Source of the DNA: Zancudomyces culisetae HAW-14-8
Taxonomy: Eukaryota; Fungi; Kickxellomycota
Direction of reading: 5' to 3'
Assembly: GCA_052426225.1 (NCBI GenBank)
Contig: JBNJNM010000013.1
Coordinates: 1,426,001-1,490,000, forward strand
DNA length: 64,000 bases
Made by a program: the position numbers and the translations under genes. The first letter of the stretch is position 1, and every line of letters starts with the position of its first letter. Shown one piece after another: positions 47,566 through 60,715 of the stretch. The notes beneath the pieces were generated by a model. It was not told where the DNA came from and ran no database searches. It was given only the letters and a program-made list of their open reading frames with translations.

Positions 47566-47921
47566 TGTTGTAATTTTAGATTGCTCAAAATTTCTCAGAA
47601 AATTTCCGCAACTAAACCAACAAAAAGTTCTGCTTATCGAGGGGGATTGTTACTGGAATAAGTTTTACTTTATTTTAACCAGTCATTTCAGCCTATAGCT
47701 TCTTTTTATTTAGTTTTAGTTTTTATTAATTCAATTAATGCGATAAAACTGGGTAAAATATGCCCAAATCCTAAAATATGGTGTGCAAATCAATTAATTT
47801 TGGTCCAAAAATTAGACCTTGATACCTTTCTGATACCCTTTAAAAATTGTGTTACGCTTCACTACCTATGTTTTTTTTTTGGTTTTAGGTAGGTATTTGC
47901 ATAAATCAATAATTTTAATTA
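47566..47921. mobile_element. LTR O, truncated by Tc1 (complete copy 58667-59355)
   Basis: High similarity to 58667-59025. Confidence 0.85.
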
Positions 47922-49467
47922 CAGTGAGTTTCAAAAATGTCACATAATATTGATAATAAATTACAAAGTTTAATATCTCGTTCAATAATTCCAGAAATTA
48001 TTTGTTTTTTATATTTTATAATGCAACAATGTTAAAATATAAATTATCTAAACTTATTTGTATTGGTTAAAAATTCATTATGAAATTATACATTGATAAT
48101 TATTTAAAATGAGATTATTTTGGGATTGTATCAAAAAATACTTTAAAATTCTGTCACTTTCCTTTAGACTTGATAACTGCCTCAACGGTTTTGGACATAC
48201 TATCTATTAGACCAAGTATTGTTTCCACTGAAATTTAATTCCATTCCGATTCTATTCGCTCCCATAATTCGATCATCCCGGACGGAGGTTTACTGTATCT
48301 ATTTAGGCGTCTTTTGATGATTGCCCATATAGTTTCGATTGGGTTTAAGTCTGGAGATTGTGGCGGCCAGTCCAATGTATTATATTTCTGGTTTTCAAGC
48401 CAGCTGGTAACTAACTTTGCGGTATGTTTAGGATCATTGTCATGTTGAAATATTATTGACTTGGGATCCAACTTGTAGTACTTATTGTATTGCTAAGCTC
48501 GTCTTTTAAAATGTTTAAATAACCTTCGTTGTTTAACATTCCTTCTATTAGTCATATGTAGCCAGTTTCAAATGCTGTGATGTAACCCCAAATCAACAGT
48601 AATCTTAAACTGTGTTTTACGGTCTGGTTAATATTTTGCGGCTGTAGACTGACACCATCACGAACCCAATTCCATTCATTTCCATCAGATCCAAATCGAT
48701 TGATTTTAGTTTCGTCGGACCAAATTACTCGTCGCCAATCATCAGTAGTCCAGTGGCGATGAGATTTTGCGAATCTCAGCTTTTTTGCAATATTTTTAAG
48801 GCTCAGTTTCGGTTTGGAGGTTTTTTTTTTTTGCAACGGCTTTTAAATCATTAAAAGCCCTATATATTGTAGACTTACTAGCACTAATAATATTATCCAT
48901 TTCTAACTTCTTTTGTATCGAAGTAGCAGATCGATACTCTCCAGATAATATCATCCTAGTACATATTCGCTTGCTTTGGGGTGAAAGCTTCGCTCAACGA
49001 CCGCGTTTATTAGCCGGTATATTGATATTCATTGCTGCTTTAAATCTGTATATTGTTGCTTTACTAACATCATTTTATATAATGATTTGGTCAATGCTTC
49101 TGACTTCAAGTATCGAGTTTTTTAGAACCGGCTTACATTGTTCAGATATCATTTAATTAATGATGAATTATTTTAGTATAATAATTATATATACTATTAA
49201 ATTAAATTTTTAAAAATTTTAGATTAAATATATAAATATATAATAGTATATTTTTTATGGATAAAAATAAAAATTGTCTCAATTTAATTATATTTAATTT
49301 TTAATTTCATAATGGATTTTTAAACTATAATATTAAATTATATATATATAAATTATGTCAATTGTGCATTATGTAATATAATATAAATAAATAACTGGAT
49401 AATAATGAGCGAGATATTACGCTTTGAAAAATATTAATAATATTTTTGACATTTTTGATTCTCGCTG
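47922..49467 (-). mobile_element. Tc1-like transposon family 1 copy 3, defective transposase
   Basis: TA-CAGTGAG...CTCGCTG-TA; nearly identical to copy 2 inverted. Confidence 0.93.
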
Positions 49468-51218
49468 TAATACTAATTACAACATCAACATAACATATAT
49501 TCTATCAGAATAATTTTACACTGAATAATCAAGAATAAATTAATGATTAATAATCCAACAACAGTTATGGAAGTACACAACAAAGAAATCGAGCTCAATG
49601 CGTATACTGTGACAGTTCTGAACACACTAGAAATTAATGTTAGATATTAAAAACTGACCATGCAGACAGTAAGGTCAAAGTCAACTGGGAAGGGAAACTA
49701 ACTACCCAAATGGCTCAATAATGCATTAAACTTTAACAGAGAAGGATGAAGTTATTAGTTAACCTGTACTTTATGGATCAAATTGAAAATCAGTAAATAT
49801 CTGTTAATTGAAAACAATCCACACATTTAAATAGAGTCTGATTATTAAGAATCACCAGTACAAGTAGTATATGAATTAATACATAAGTTGGAAAACACGT
49901 ACAAATTATCGAGGACGTTAAACAGACCCTACACGTTTCGAAAATCAAGAACCAGTCGAGTTTAATATTCCGGAATTACTACCACTGCCTGATGAGTCTA
50001 GTAGAAAACTTGATATCAATCCCATGCTATTACCTGACTTATAGACAACAACAAAGGAAATAAAAGTAACATCTATTCCCGATAAACCTGAAGAACCGGA
50101 AGTAGTTCTAATAACTAAAGCAATTGATCACCTGGTAACCTCGATAAAACATTTAAAAGTATCAATGACTGTCGAACAACTCGTACAGGCTAGTCCTTCC
50201 ATTCGAAAGGGATTACTGTATACTCTACGTCCAAACTCTATAATTAATAAAAGCGCTACTGTACAAACCCTAATTATTGCTGATGAACTTACAAAAATAA
50301 ATGAAATGAGACCAAAGAACATAAATAAAACTAAAGTACTCGTAAACCAACATGAAAAATATTTGGAGAGCAAATAAAATTTTTTTGGTGACAGGAGCTA
50401 CAATCAATAAGATACCGATGGATCTGTTAAATAAAATACAACAGAAAGGAAGAAAACTTGATGAGACTAAAGTGAATTATGTTTTAAAGGGTATAAAAGA
50501 CGCAGGAAAAAGTGCCAGTATAAAATCAAAAACTTGACAATTGAGACTGCCGGAGTTGAATCGCAAGCCGATTTTATAGCCTTTGACACAAAAACTATTT
50601 ATATTATATTAGGAATGCCTTGATTAAAAACAGTATAGCTTGCTTGGAAAACAATGAACAATACTAGGGTTCTACTAGAGTTAACTAACGAAAACACCGC
50701 AACTAGAAATAAAATAGTAGGATGCTTTGGGGAAGAACGCATTGTCATGATGAGGAAGATACCTCCGGCTACATTCCACATAGTGCTATCTTTACTGTCA
50801 AGATCTGGAGTCAGGAGAGTTATATTTATTATTATTAAAGTTTATTGTATGAATGTATACAAGATACTAGATACTGAATCCAAGACAGGAAAATTGTACC
50901 CTTTTTATACTTTTTTCCAGCCTTGGTTTTTGAACAAAATCACTATGAAAACTGCGGAATAGCTAAAAATGAAATGTAAAGAAAAACGTGTTTGATTACT
51001 AATCAAATTTGATTAGTAATCAAACAAAAATCAAACTCGAATGCTAATAAAATTAAACATGTGAAAATTATTACGTAAGAAAAATTAATAAATAATGTGA
51101 ATGTTCGGAAATGTTCTAGAATGTTTCCCAACATTCTAAACATTACTGCGGAATAAAATCAGATGATTCTAGAACGTTTTCGAACATGCTAGAATCAGTT
51201 CATGACACGACCTTCCTC

Positions 51219-54200
51219 TTAAGGCTGAGCTCCGTGAAGCATTTGTGGTGGCTTTGGTTTTTCAGGATGGTGACGATGGAATTCAGTGACAAGATATTTT
51301 GCATTTGCTAAGTCAGAATATGTTTGCCAGGTACGTTCAGTGTCTGGGTATCCTTTCCAGTGTACCAGGTATTTGACAGTTCTACCAAATATTTTAATAT
51401 CTAGGATTTTCTCAACTTCATATTCTTCTTGACCATCAATGATCACAGGTGGAAGCGGTTTTGATAGTCTGTCTGGGATCAGATCTGGTTTACAAGGTTC
51501 AAGGAGATTGACGTGGAATACTGGGTGAATCTTCATTGTGTGTGGTAGCTGAAGTTTGTATGATCTTTGTCCAATCTTTTCCAATACTTTGAATGGACCA
51601 AGTTTCCGATAGTCAAGCTTCTTGCTTGGTCTTTGAGTCCTGATGTTTTTAGTTGATAGATAGACAAGATCACCAATGTTGAAGTCAGGTTGTGATGATA
51701 CTTTTCGGTTGTAGTATTTCTCATGGTCTTCAAGGGCAAGGGAGATGTTAAACTTCAGTTCTTGGTGGATATCAGATAGTCGTTTGGATCTATCAGAGGA
51801 GGCAGGATTTAAAACTTGAGTACGAGGGATTATGACTGAGAAGCGTGGATGGAAGCCATAGTTGGCGTAGAAAGGTGTGGTTTTAGTAGAAGCATGAGAT
51901 GTGTTGTTGTAGGCGAATTCAGCAATTGGTAACCACTTTGACCAATCAGTTTGTTGGTAATCAATGTAGCACCTGAGATACTGTTCCAATACTGAGTTTA
52001 CGCGTTCAGTTTGTCCATCTGTCTGAGGATGGAATGCGGTGGACATTTTCTGTTCAATATTCAGTGATTTCATTAGAGTACGCATGAATGATGAATTGAA
52101 GGTCACACCTCTATCAGATACGATGTCTTTAGGGAGCCCATGTTTGCAGAAGACATGTTGGATAAACAGATCTGCAGTACCTTCAGCATCAATTTCATTG
52201 GTTGTGGGAACAAAATGCGCCATCTTGGTAAGGCGATCCACAAATACACAGATTGCAGTAAAGTTATTGGATGGAGGTAGCTGAGTGATGAAGTCGACAG
52301 AAACAGATGACCAAGGTGAATCAGGAACGGGAAGTGGAGCGAGGTAGCCATATGGTTTATGGCGAGAGGATTTGTTGCGTTGACAGGTATCGCAACCAGA
52401 GATGTAGTCTTTGATATATTTTCTCATGGTTGGCCAGTAAAAGTTGCGAGATACAAGTTCGTATGTCTTTGCATTTCCAAAGTGGCCGGCAGCAGGGGAA
52501 TCATGGCATTCAATCAGGATAGTTCTTTTGATGTTGTCGTCCGAGGGGATACAGATTAGTCCATCATAGTGCAGAAGATTGTCAACAAGAGTGTACTTTT
52601 CATGGGAATCAGGTTTCTTGGATAAGTCAGTGTAAATGGGTCCAAAGTACGTGTCTTTGGGTTGTAGTGACTTGATGTTGTTCATGAGCGTGGAGGACAA
52701 AGGTTCAACAGGTGTACTAGTCATGGACTTCAAGAAGATTTCAGGAGGCAGCAAAGTTATTTTGTTTTGGTCAGTACGGGAGTCACCCCCCTTCCAAGGT
52801 TGGTCTTTCCGAGAAAGAGCATCGGCGGCAGTGTTCTGTTTTCCAGGGCGGTACTTGATGACAAAGTTGAAGTTACTGAGGTATTCTGACCATCTGACTT
52901 GGCGGCGACTAAGATTTCTGGTAGTGGAGAAGTATTCCAAGTTTTTATGGTCGGTCATAACAACGGTTGGGTGTACAGAAAATTCAAGGTAGTGACGCCA
53001 GTGAGCAAAAGCGTCGATAATTGCTAACAGTTCCTTATCATAGATTTGATAATTCACTTCAGCAGGCAGGAGTTTCCGGGAGTAGTATGCAACAGGGTGG
53101 AGTTGTCCCTCGTTGTCATACTGGCTGCAAATGGCACCTAATGCAAAATCTGATGCATCGGTTTCGATGATACAAGGCTGGTCAGGATTGTAGTGAGCTA
53201 AGACTGGGTTACTGATCATGGTTTCTTTTAGCAAGGCGAAAGCTTCTTCAGCTTTGGGTGTCCACTGGAATTGGACACCTTTTTTCAACAAGGCGGTGAG
53301 CGGCAGAGATATCTTGGAGTAGTTCAGAATAAAACGGCGGTAGAAGTTTGTAAGGCCAAGGAATACCTGAACGTCACGGACACAAGTTGGTGTCTTCCAT
53401 TCGGTGACGCTGGATACTTTTGATGGATCCATAGAGATTCCGTTGGGGCCAATTACAAACCGAGGAACTGTACTGATTGTACATCAAACTCACATTTCTC
53501 TAGCTTGAGGGTGAGATTGTGTTCCTGAAGCTTATTCAAGACAAGGCAGACGTGGTCATAGTGCTTATCGATATCATCTGAGTAGATTAACAGATCATCG
53601 ATGTACACAACAAGGAATTGATCAATGTATTCACGGAAGAGATCGTTAACAAAGGACTGGAACGTGGCTGGAGCATTCATAAGGCCAAACGGCATGACCT
53701 TATACTCGAAGTGGCCGTAGCGTGTACGAAACGCGGTCTTCCATTCTTCACCAGGCGAGATCCTGATCATGTGGTATGCGGATTTCATATCCAGCTTGGT
53801 GAATATCTTGGCTTTGCCAAGCCGATCCAAGGTTTCAGAGATGATTGGCAAGGCTGCACGGTTGGGGACAGTGATCTTATTCAGGGCTCTATAGTCGACG
53901 CACAACCGGAGACTACCATCTTTCTTTTTTACAAATAGGACGGGAGCCCCAGCCGGGGATTCAGAGCGTTGGATAAAACCATTGGCTAGGTTTTCCTGAA
54001 TGTAGTCGTACAGGGTCTTTAGTTCCAATTGGGAGAGGTTGTACAATGGGCCATATGGTATCTTTGAGTCAGGAAGCAAAGGAATGGTATGATCATATGG
54101 ACGATGTTCAGGCAGTTTGGCAGATTGGGATTCAGAGAAGACAGATTCAAACATTTTATACTTTTCAGGGATTACAGGAGTAACAGGGGTTTCAGGATTA

Positions 54201-54796
54201 GATTCAGAGACAAGACAGAGATTTTCACAGGATTCAGGAGCTACAAGGGATTCAAGATTGTTCACGGTAATTGCACCAGCATAGACAGTGTCTGGTGCCT
54301 TCAGATGTTCTTTAAACTGGTTTGAGCCCACAAGAGAGATGTCTAGGTTGACATGGTTGGGCCCACAAGAAGTCAAGGTACAAGGCAGATGGACTATGTT
54401 CTCAGTCCAGTTGATGTCAGGATTGTGTTGTTGAAGCCAGGAAAGACCAAGGATGATTGGTGAAGATCCAAGATCTAGTTGTTGCAGATAGATACTTTCG
54501 AGATGGTTATCATTGATTTTTAGTGTTACTTGGGAGGCAGAGTTGGATCTAAGCTTTGATCCGTCAGCGAGAGTGATTGTCATTTTTCTAGATATAGATG
54601 GGAGATTGTTTTTTAGAGCAAAGGTGGCGTCAATGAACGAGGACGAAGCACCAGAATCAACCATAGCGTAGGTTTTGATGTGGTGGTGCTTGGACAAGAT
54701 GGTTACAGGAATGGTCAAGGTGTTTGGTTTATCAGGAGATTGGGTGTCAGAAACAGGAGTGGTTACAGTGGCGTGGGGACTGGCTAAGTTGCCCAA
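51219..54796 (-). CDS. Pol of family X, split by a 1-nt frameshift at about 53457 (ORFs 53453-54796 and 51219-53432)
   Basis: AMVDSGA, VYIDD, ETDAS, integrase DDE, chromodomain; one extra T restores QFLGFVIGPNGISMD. Confidence 0.9.
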
Positions 54797-54813
54797 TAGG
54801 TGTCCCTTACTGT

Positions 54814-56034
54814 CTACTGGGCGGTGTCGTTTTCCTGTGTTGGTGTAATGCTGGAGATGTTGTGGCGTTTCTTTGGACAGTTGATGTTGAAATGGTCATT
54901 ACCGCCACAATAGAGACAGAGATTGTTTTCGATACGGTATGCTCTTTGAGCAGGAGTAAGTGGTGGTCTTCTAGTCGATGAAGCGGTACTGAGATCCATT
55001 GGTTGCGGTCCATCACTATTAGCTGGTGGAGTGGTAGATGGTGCCGAAACAGGTGAAGCAAACGGGTTGTAAGCAGTGGGTTTGGGTGGCATAGTTGCAG
55101 TGGGGTTAACTGGAGGTTGACGACGTTGTGGATGGCTGAAGAGGCGGTTGTCGATCTGGATGGCTGTAGAGATCAGGGTATCGATGTCTTCTATTGGTTC
55201 TCTACGGTTGAGTTCCTGGGATACGTTGTACTTGAGACCGGATAGAAACTGTGAGATCAAAGGTGGTTGGTTCCAGTCAATTAACATCTGTAGGCGTCTA
55301 AACTCGGTGGCATATGCGGCAACGGAAGTGGTTTGGCGGAGTTGGCGGATTGCCCTATCAGCATTCTCAATAGGGTTGGGATCACCAAAGGCACGAGTGA
55401 TAGTTTCTTTAAACAGATTGTAGTTGGAGAGGATGGCAGGACGGTCAGACTCTGGAAGGTTTGCTTTCATGAGGTAAGGTTCCATGTAACTGAATGGTGT
55501 GCCTGAGAGGTAGGAGATGGCATACAAGACTTTACTTGAGTCTGTGTTGAATTTATCGGGTGAAGCGGCAAAGACGAGAGCAAGCTGTGAAAAGAAGTTG
55601 GAACAGGCGGAGGGTTTTCCTGAAAATGTGTCTGGGTATCTTACTTTGATACTAGGTTCAGAAGTACTAGCAACTTTGGTGGCACGGTTTTCAGTTATAT
55701 AAAGTATGACTTCGTTCCTGAGGGTACTGAGCTGGTCCTGAAGGGATTGGATTTCCAACTGGTTGGCCTGTATGGCGCTTTGGGTCAGCTGGTCTGAATT
55801 CTGGATATCGGACTGGAGGTTTTTCATGGAGTCAAGAATGGTCTGGATGGACTTGGTGGTGTCTGCTTTGACCTTGTCATAAATTTTCTTGGATACTGTG
55901 GCAGGGTGTTCCTTGATGGCAGACTCGGCTTTTTCTACTCTTATTAGTAGTTGCTGGAGGGCGTCTTCAACTGCTGGCAGGGTCACGGCGGCTTTGTTGA
56001 GGAATTCAACTTGTTCTGGGCTAAACGGTTCCAT
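54814..56034 (-). CDS. Gag of family X
   Basis: PDTFSG, LRQTTSVAAYATEF, FLSGLK, GPQPMDL, CLYCGGNDHFNINC. Confidence 0.93.
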   Translation of the reverse strand: MEPFSPEQVEFLNKAAVTLPAVEDALQQLLIRVEKAESAIKEHPATVSKKIYDKVKADTTKSIQTILDSMKNLQSDIQNSDQLTQSAIQANQLEIQSLQDQLSTLRNEVILYITENRATKVASTSEPSIKVRYPDTFSGKPSACSNFFSQLALVFAASPDKFNTDSSKVLYAISYLSGTPFSYMEPYLMKANLPESDRPAILSNYNLFKETITRAFGDPNPIENADRAIRQLRQTTSVAAYATEFRRLQMLIDWNQPPLISQFLSGLKYNVSQELNRREPIEDIDTLISTAIQIDNRLFSHPQRRQPPVNPTATMPPKPTAYNPFASPVSAPSTTPPANSDGPQPMDLSTASSTRRPPLTPAQRAYRIENNLCLYCGGNDHFNINCPKKRHNISSITPTQENDTAQ

Positions 56035-57912
56035 GGTTAAAATACTTAGGCTGGTGTCAGAAAATAATAAATATAATATTTTGATCTAGTATAGTGTCAT
56101 GATCTGGAGTCAGGAGAGTTATATTTATTATTATTAAAGTTTATTGTATGAATGTATACAAGATACTAGATACTGAATCCAAGACAGGAAAATTGTACCC
56201 TTTTTATACTTTTTTCCAGCCTTGGTTTTTGAACAAAATCACTATGAAAACTGCGGAATAGCTAAAAATGAAATGTAAAGAAAAACGTGTTTGATTACTA
56301 ATCAAATTTGATTAGTAATCAAACAAAAATCAAACTCGAATGCTAATAAAATTAAACATGTGAAAATTATTACGTAAGAAAAATTAATAAATAATGTGAA
56401 TGTTCGGAAATGTTCTAGAATGTTTCCCAACATTCTAAACATTACTGCGGAATAAAATCAGATGATTCTAGAACGTTTTCGAACATGCTAGAATCAGTTC
56501 ATGACATTTACACTATCAAACAAAAGGTACTTATCACCACCCGAACAACAAGAATTGGCACTGACTATATACTAAAGAAAAGCTAAAATAATTGTTACTG
56601 TATCTACAGTCCTTCCACAAGACTTTCTACAATCTCCTGGAATGAATCTGGCTTACACTGCAACTCTACCTAAGAATTTGATATTTAATTTTTCACCTCG
56701 GATTAATACATAATATCTAACGCCTGAGGAACAGTCTATGTTTATTAGAGAGCAAACTACAATAATATCAGTATTTGCAGAAAATGATACTCAAATGGGA
56801 TTAATATAGTCAAAAGTAGAAGAACCAATACAAATATTGACCATTGAGCATATACCATGGAGATTTAAACCGATACCACTACCGTTGGCTTTAAAATTGA
56901 AGATTATAGATCTATTAAAAAGTAAATTTTATGCTGAAGTCTTAGAGCCGAGTCGAGCAGCTTATGCGAACAGGTGGTACATAGTTTCAAAATAAGATAA
57001 AAACAACCTTAGATTTATACAGGATGTCCAACCAGCTAATAAAATAACTATAAAGGATTGTGGTATACCTCCCAATACCGAAGAGATTGCTGAAATATTT
57101 ACAGGAAAAAGTGTTAATAGCACAATTGATCTATATTCAGGTTACAATCAAATTCCTCTCTATGAAAATTCGCGCGATATGTATTCAATTAACACTCCAT
57201 TAGGGCTTATGCGGATGACGAGACTGCAGATGGGAAAAACGAGTTCTGTTGCTATTTATTTAATATATTTATAAAAATTCTATATGAGTTTATTCCAGAA
57301 AAGTTAAACGTGTTTATCTACGACATAGGGTTAAACGGTCAACGCATAAAGACAATACTGAGATGCAAACTAGGATAAGGCAATTTGTTTACGACCACAT
57401 AATGGATTGTATAAACATCTTAACTTGAATCAAAAAGGCAGGACACTGAGTATCCTTCAGCAATTCTAGTTTCGGGAACCCAAAAATTTCAAAAGTGGGG
57501 TTCGAGTGCAGTTCGGAAGGCTGATAATCGAATATAAAAAGATCGAAAAGATAGAAATTGGAAACAACTATCCTATATTAAGTTATGCAAGGAACTTGTA
57601 GCGGTCATAGGTTTTTATAGAGCCTTTAGTACCCAATTGTTCTTTACTCCTGGAACCTCTATTCAGATTACCAGAAAGAATGCGGTGTATCGGTGGGAAC
57701 AAGAACAAAAAGCCTATATACAGCAGTACACTGGTTAAACACGGAGCCTGTCCTAAGAGCAATAAACCCAAATAGAAATTTAGTATTAACTGTTGATTCA
57801 AGTCCTATAGGAGTTGGTGCTATCCTCGGCCTAAATGATGACGACGGAAAGAAAAATGTATGTAGGTTAAAAGCACGTTATTCAATGCGACACAAAAAAA
57901 TTATGGACAGAC

Positions 57913-58246
57913 TGTCAAGAATTATTTTTTAATGATTTATTTATTTGTTTAAGTACTACTTAAGATTTTACTATAGACAATGTTGTCAGATAATTTTAAG
58001 ATTTAGAGAAAATACTAGGGTTTTTATACCTTTAAAAAAGCTAAAATGAATAAACATAAAATAACCTAAACTATTAACCTCTGCTTACTAATCAATAATT
58101 AATCTATTGTTCTAGAAATTTCTACAATTTTCTGGAGTGACTCATTAAGTACTAATTGTACCCCAGAAATTGCGTATTAATAAACTATATTATGTAATAA
58201 TACTAATTAGGTAGAAATCTAAAATATATGGTTTTAGTTCATGACA
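57913..58246. mobile_element. LTR with family X-like termini at a rearrangement junction
   Basis: TGTCAAGA...AGTTCATGACA; flanks CAGAC/TGAAT mismatch. Confidence 0.65.
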
Positions 58247-60715
58247 TGAATATATAGATCATAATGTATAGTATGTTAATCTACTGTAAATCTCTATTAT
58301 TTATACTGATTGTTTGATTGTTGCAGATGCTTGCACATCTGTTTTCACCATTGTGGTTTTCCTTTGTGCAGCAACAATCAGACAAAGGTTTACTTTAAAC
58401 TATTAGGATTATATAATACTTTATATTACAAACTACTTAAATAGCGACGACAAGGTCTCAGGATACCTTGTTCCGGATTTTATACTCTTTCCTATAGCTT
58501 TTATTATACCAACGATAACTAAATAAAAGATTCTTAACTACAGTTAACTAGTTATTTTAGGAAGGTCCTGGACCAATTTTAAACATTAAGTAATAGTGAT
58601 TACAGCTTCGTCGTACTGTAATACACTCAATATTTTTATACAATATACAATTTTTCATACGACATGTGTTGTAATTTTAGATTGCATAAAATTTCTCAGG
58701 AAATTTCCGCAACTAAACCTACAAAAAGTTCTGCTAATAGAGGGGAAACGTTACTGGAGAAAGTTATACTTTATTTTAACCAGTCGTTTCTACCTTATAG
58801 CTTTTATTTTATTTAGTTTTATGTATTTATTACTTCAATAAATGCGATAAAACTGGGTAAAATCACGCCCAACTCCTAAAATTTGGTGTGCAAAACAATT
58901 AATTTTGGTCCAAAAATTAGACTCTGATACCTTTCTGATACCCTTTGAAAATTGTGTTACGCTTCACTACCTATGTTTTTTTTTGGTTTTAGGTAGGTTT
59001 TTGCTCAAATCACAAATTTCAATTTTATAGAGTAAAATCAAGTATTTTAGAGCTAATTTGTATTTTATTTAATTAATAACTTTTAAAAATAAAAAGATAA
59101 AACCACCAAACTTGTGGTGGGGTTACTAGTAATATACTAGTACCTGACTAGCTATTTTATTAGAACTTTATATATTAGAAACTTAAAATAAAACAATTAA
59201 AACTTAATATTGACTCACTTTTTGGGTGATAATTTCACCCTAGTAATCCCAGATTACTAGCTCGAACACCCGAGATAACGGTGGTTATTCGGTGTTTGAG
59301 AAGCTGTATGCTGTTCAATCAATACTTTAGCTTGGATAGTACTAAGCATACAACATTTGTTAGATTCAATTTATTATGAATTCTAACTGGTTCTACTAGA
59401 GGGGTGGTATCACTAGACTGGGTTTAACCCTTTTAACTAGTTACCACTTTCTAGTCATACATATAAATGGAACCGGAACATTTATATGGGTCAAAATTTG
59501 ACAATTTATTTAAGATTCAAAATAATAATTTCTTAAATACTAAATTTTACTAGAAAAACTAATAAATTACTAACTATAAAATTAACCAATAGTATGCAAA
59601 CATTCTATTTTGCATACAACAATTTGTTAGCGATTTAGGTTCTTAACGGGTATAAAGAATATATTTACTATGTTAACTAATATATACTAAGTACTATTTT
59701 TAATCAAGTTTTCGCTATATATTTTAAAGACTTTAGTAAATAGACCAAACTATGTTTATGTGATTTATTTGATAACGCTACTACAAGAAAAATATGTAGT
59801 ATTTATAATAATATAATATACTATAATAAACTTAACTATATACCTAAACAACTAATAAACCTATAACTATTTTTTTTATATTTGTTCATGCCTAGAAAAA
59901 ATCCGAAGATGAAAAAAACTATGCATGAACCTAGAATTTATGAATAAACTAATAATATACTGTAACAGATCAAATATTATGATCTACAAAAAGTAATATA
60001 AAATTAATATAATAAAACCAATATTATTAGAAGGTGGATTATATAGTGACTAGAGGTGATCTGCGTCGCTATATAACATATTTTGTGTTGTATAATTACA
60101 TTTTTAACGTCCTACTGAGTAATATAATTACCCAGTATTATACAGGACGGGACTTTATTATTATATATTAGTACTGTAATTATTGTGGGAGAAAAAGACC
60201 ATTTATTAATTAATACAAAACTAGACTATTTAATGCATAAAATAATACTAATTAAATTAACCAATAAAATACAAGAAAATACAATTATATAATTCCACAA
60301 TATAACATTTGTCGTTTTTGTTTTTATAGTATATGTATGGGCACTTTTTCCCACTGGGTTTTTCCCCATACATTTGTTTAATTCTTAGTATTAATATCAT
60401 TTAATATTATTAACGCATTTATATGTTTCAAAATAAATCAGTGTAATTTATCATGCGGATAAATTACACCAAACCACGTGTGTTTAACACGGGGTAACGA
60501 TGCTGTTTTGAGTGAACTGTTAACATTTAAGAAATGTAGGGGTAGAAAAGATAACAACGTATCAATTAATAAAACATGTTTGAACAACAGAAGAACATGT
60601 TAGTGATTTCAAAACAATGTTGACATACAGAAAAACTATATAAACCCCAACTTTTCTTCACTTTTAACGAAAGAAGTATCGAACTATTTTTTAAAATATC
60701 ATATTACTTTATATA
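58247..60715. repeat. Third tandem LTR stack: L-like (ends 58664), O (58667-59355), P (59358-59621), J (59625-60078), G-like (60086-60307), R (60310 onward, cut by Tc1)
   Basis: Consecutive TG...CA units separated by TG, TT, ATT, TATTTTG, TT; families shared with the tRNA-anchored stacks. Confidence 0.85.

Larger units (their letters stand above)
50796..56506 (-). mobile_element. Full-length chromovirus family X, very recent insertion
   Basis: 412-bp LTRs (50796-51207, 56095-56506) differing at one base by eye, 5-bp TSD TTTAC, PPT AAGAGGAAGG. Confidence 0.96.
49470..57912 (+). mobile_element. Highly degraded Ty3/gypsy element U hosting the family X insertion
   Basis: Remnants MTVEQLVQASPSIRK, IILGMP, STIDLYSGYNQIPL...TPLGLMRMTRL, LTVDSSPIGVGAIL. 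Left boundary is only the Tc1 end. Confidence 0.7.

Noticed and set aside
44740-47921. CRISPR array interpretation of the LTR stacks
   Set aside because: The repeats are only 4-bp TSDs, the units are 250-730 bp LTRs, there are no cas genes and the context is eukaryotic. The likeness is limited to polarity.
37802-49467. Composite transposon or simple inversion bounded by the two inverted Tc1 copies
   Set aside because: Neither excising nor inverting the interval rejoins the interrupted LTRs E and O.
53450-53462. Second programmed frameshift in family X pol
   Set aside because: A single missing T in a short T run within RT; more likely a mutation or sequencing error.
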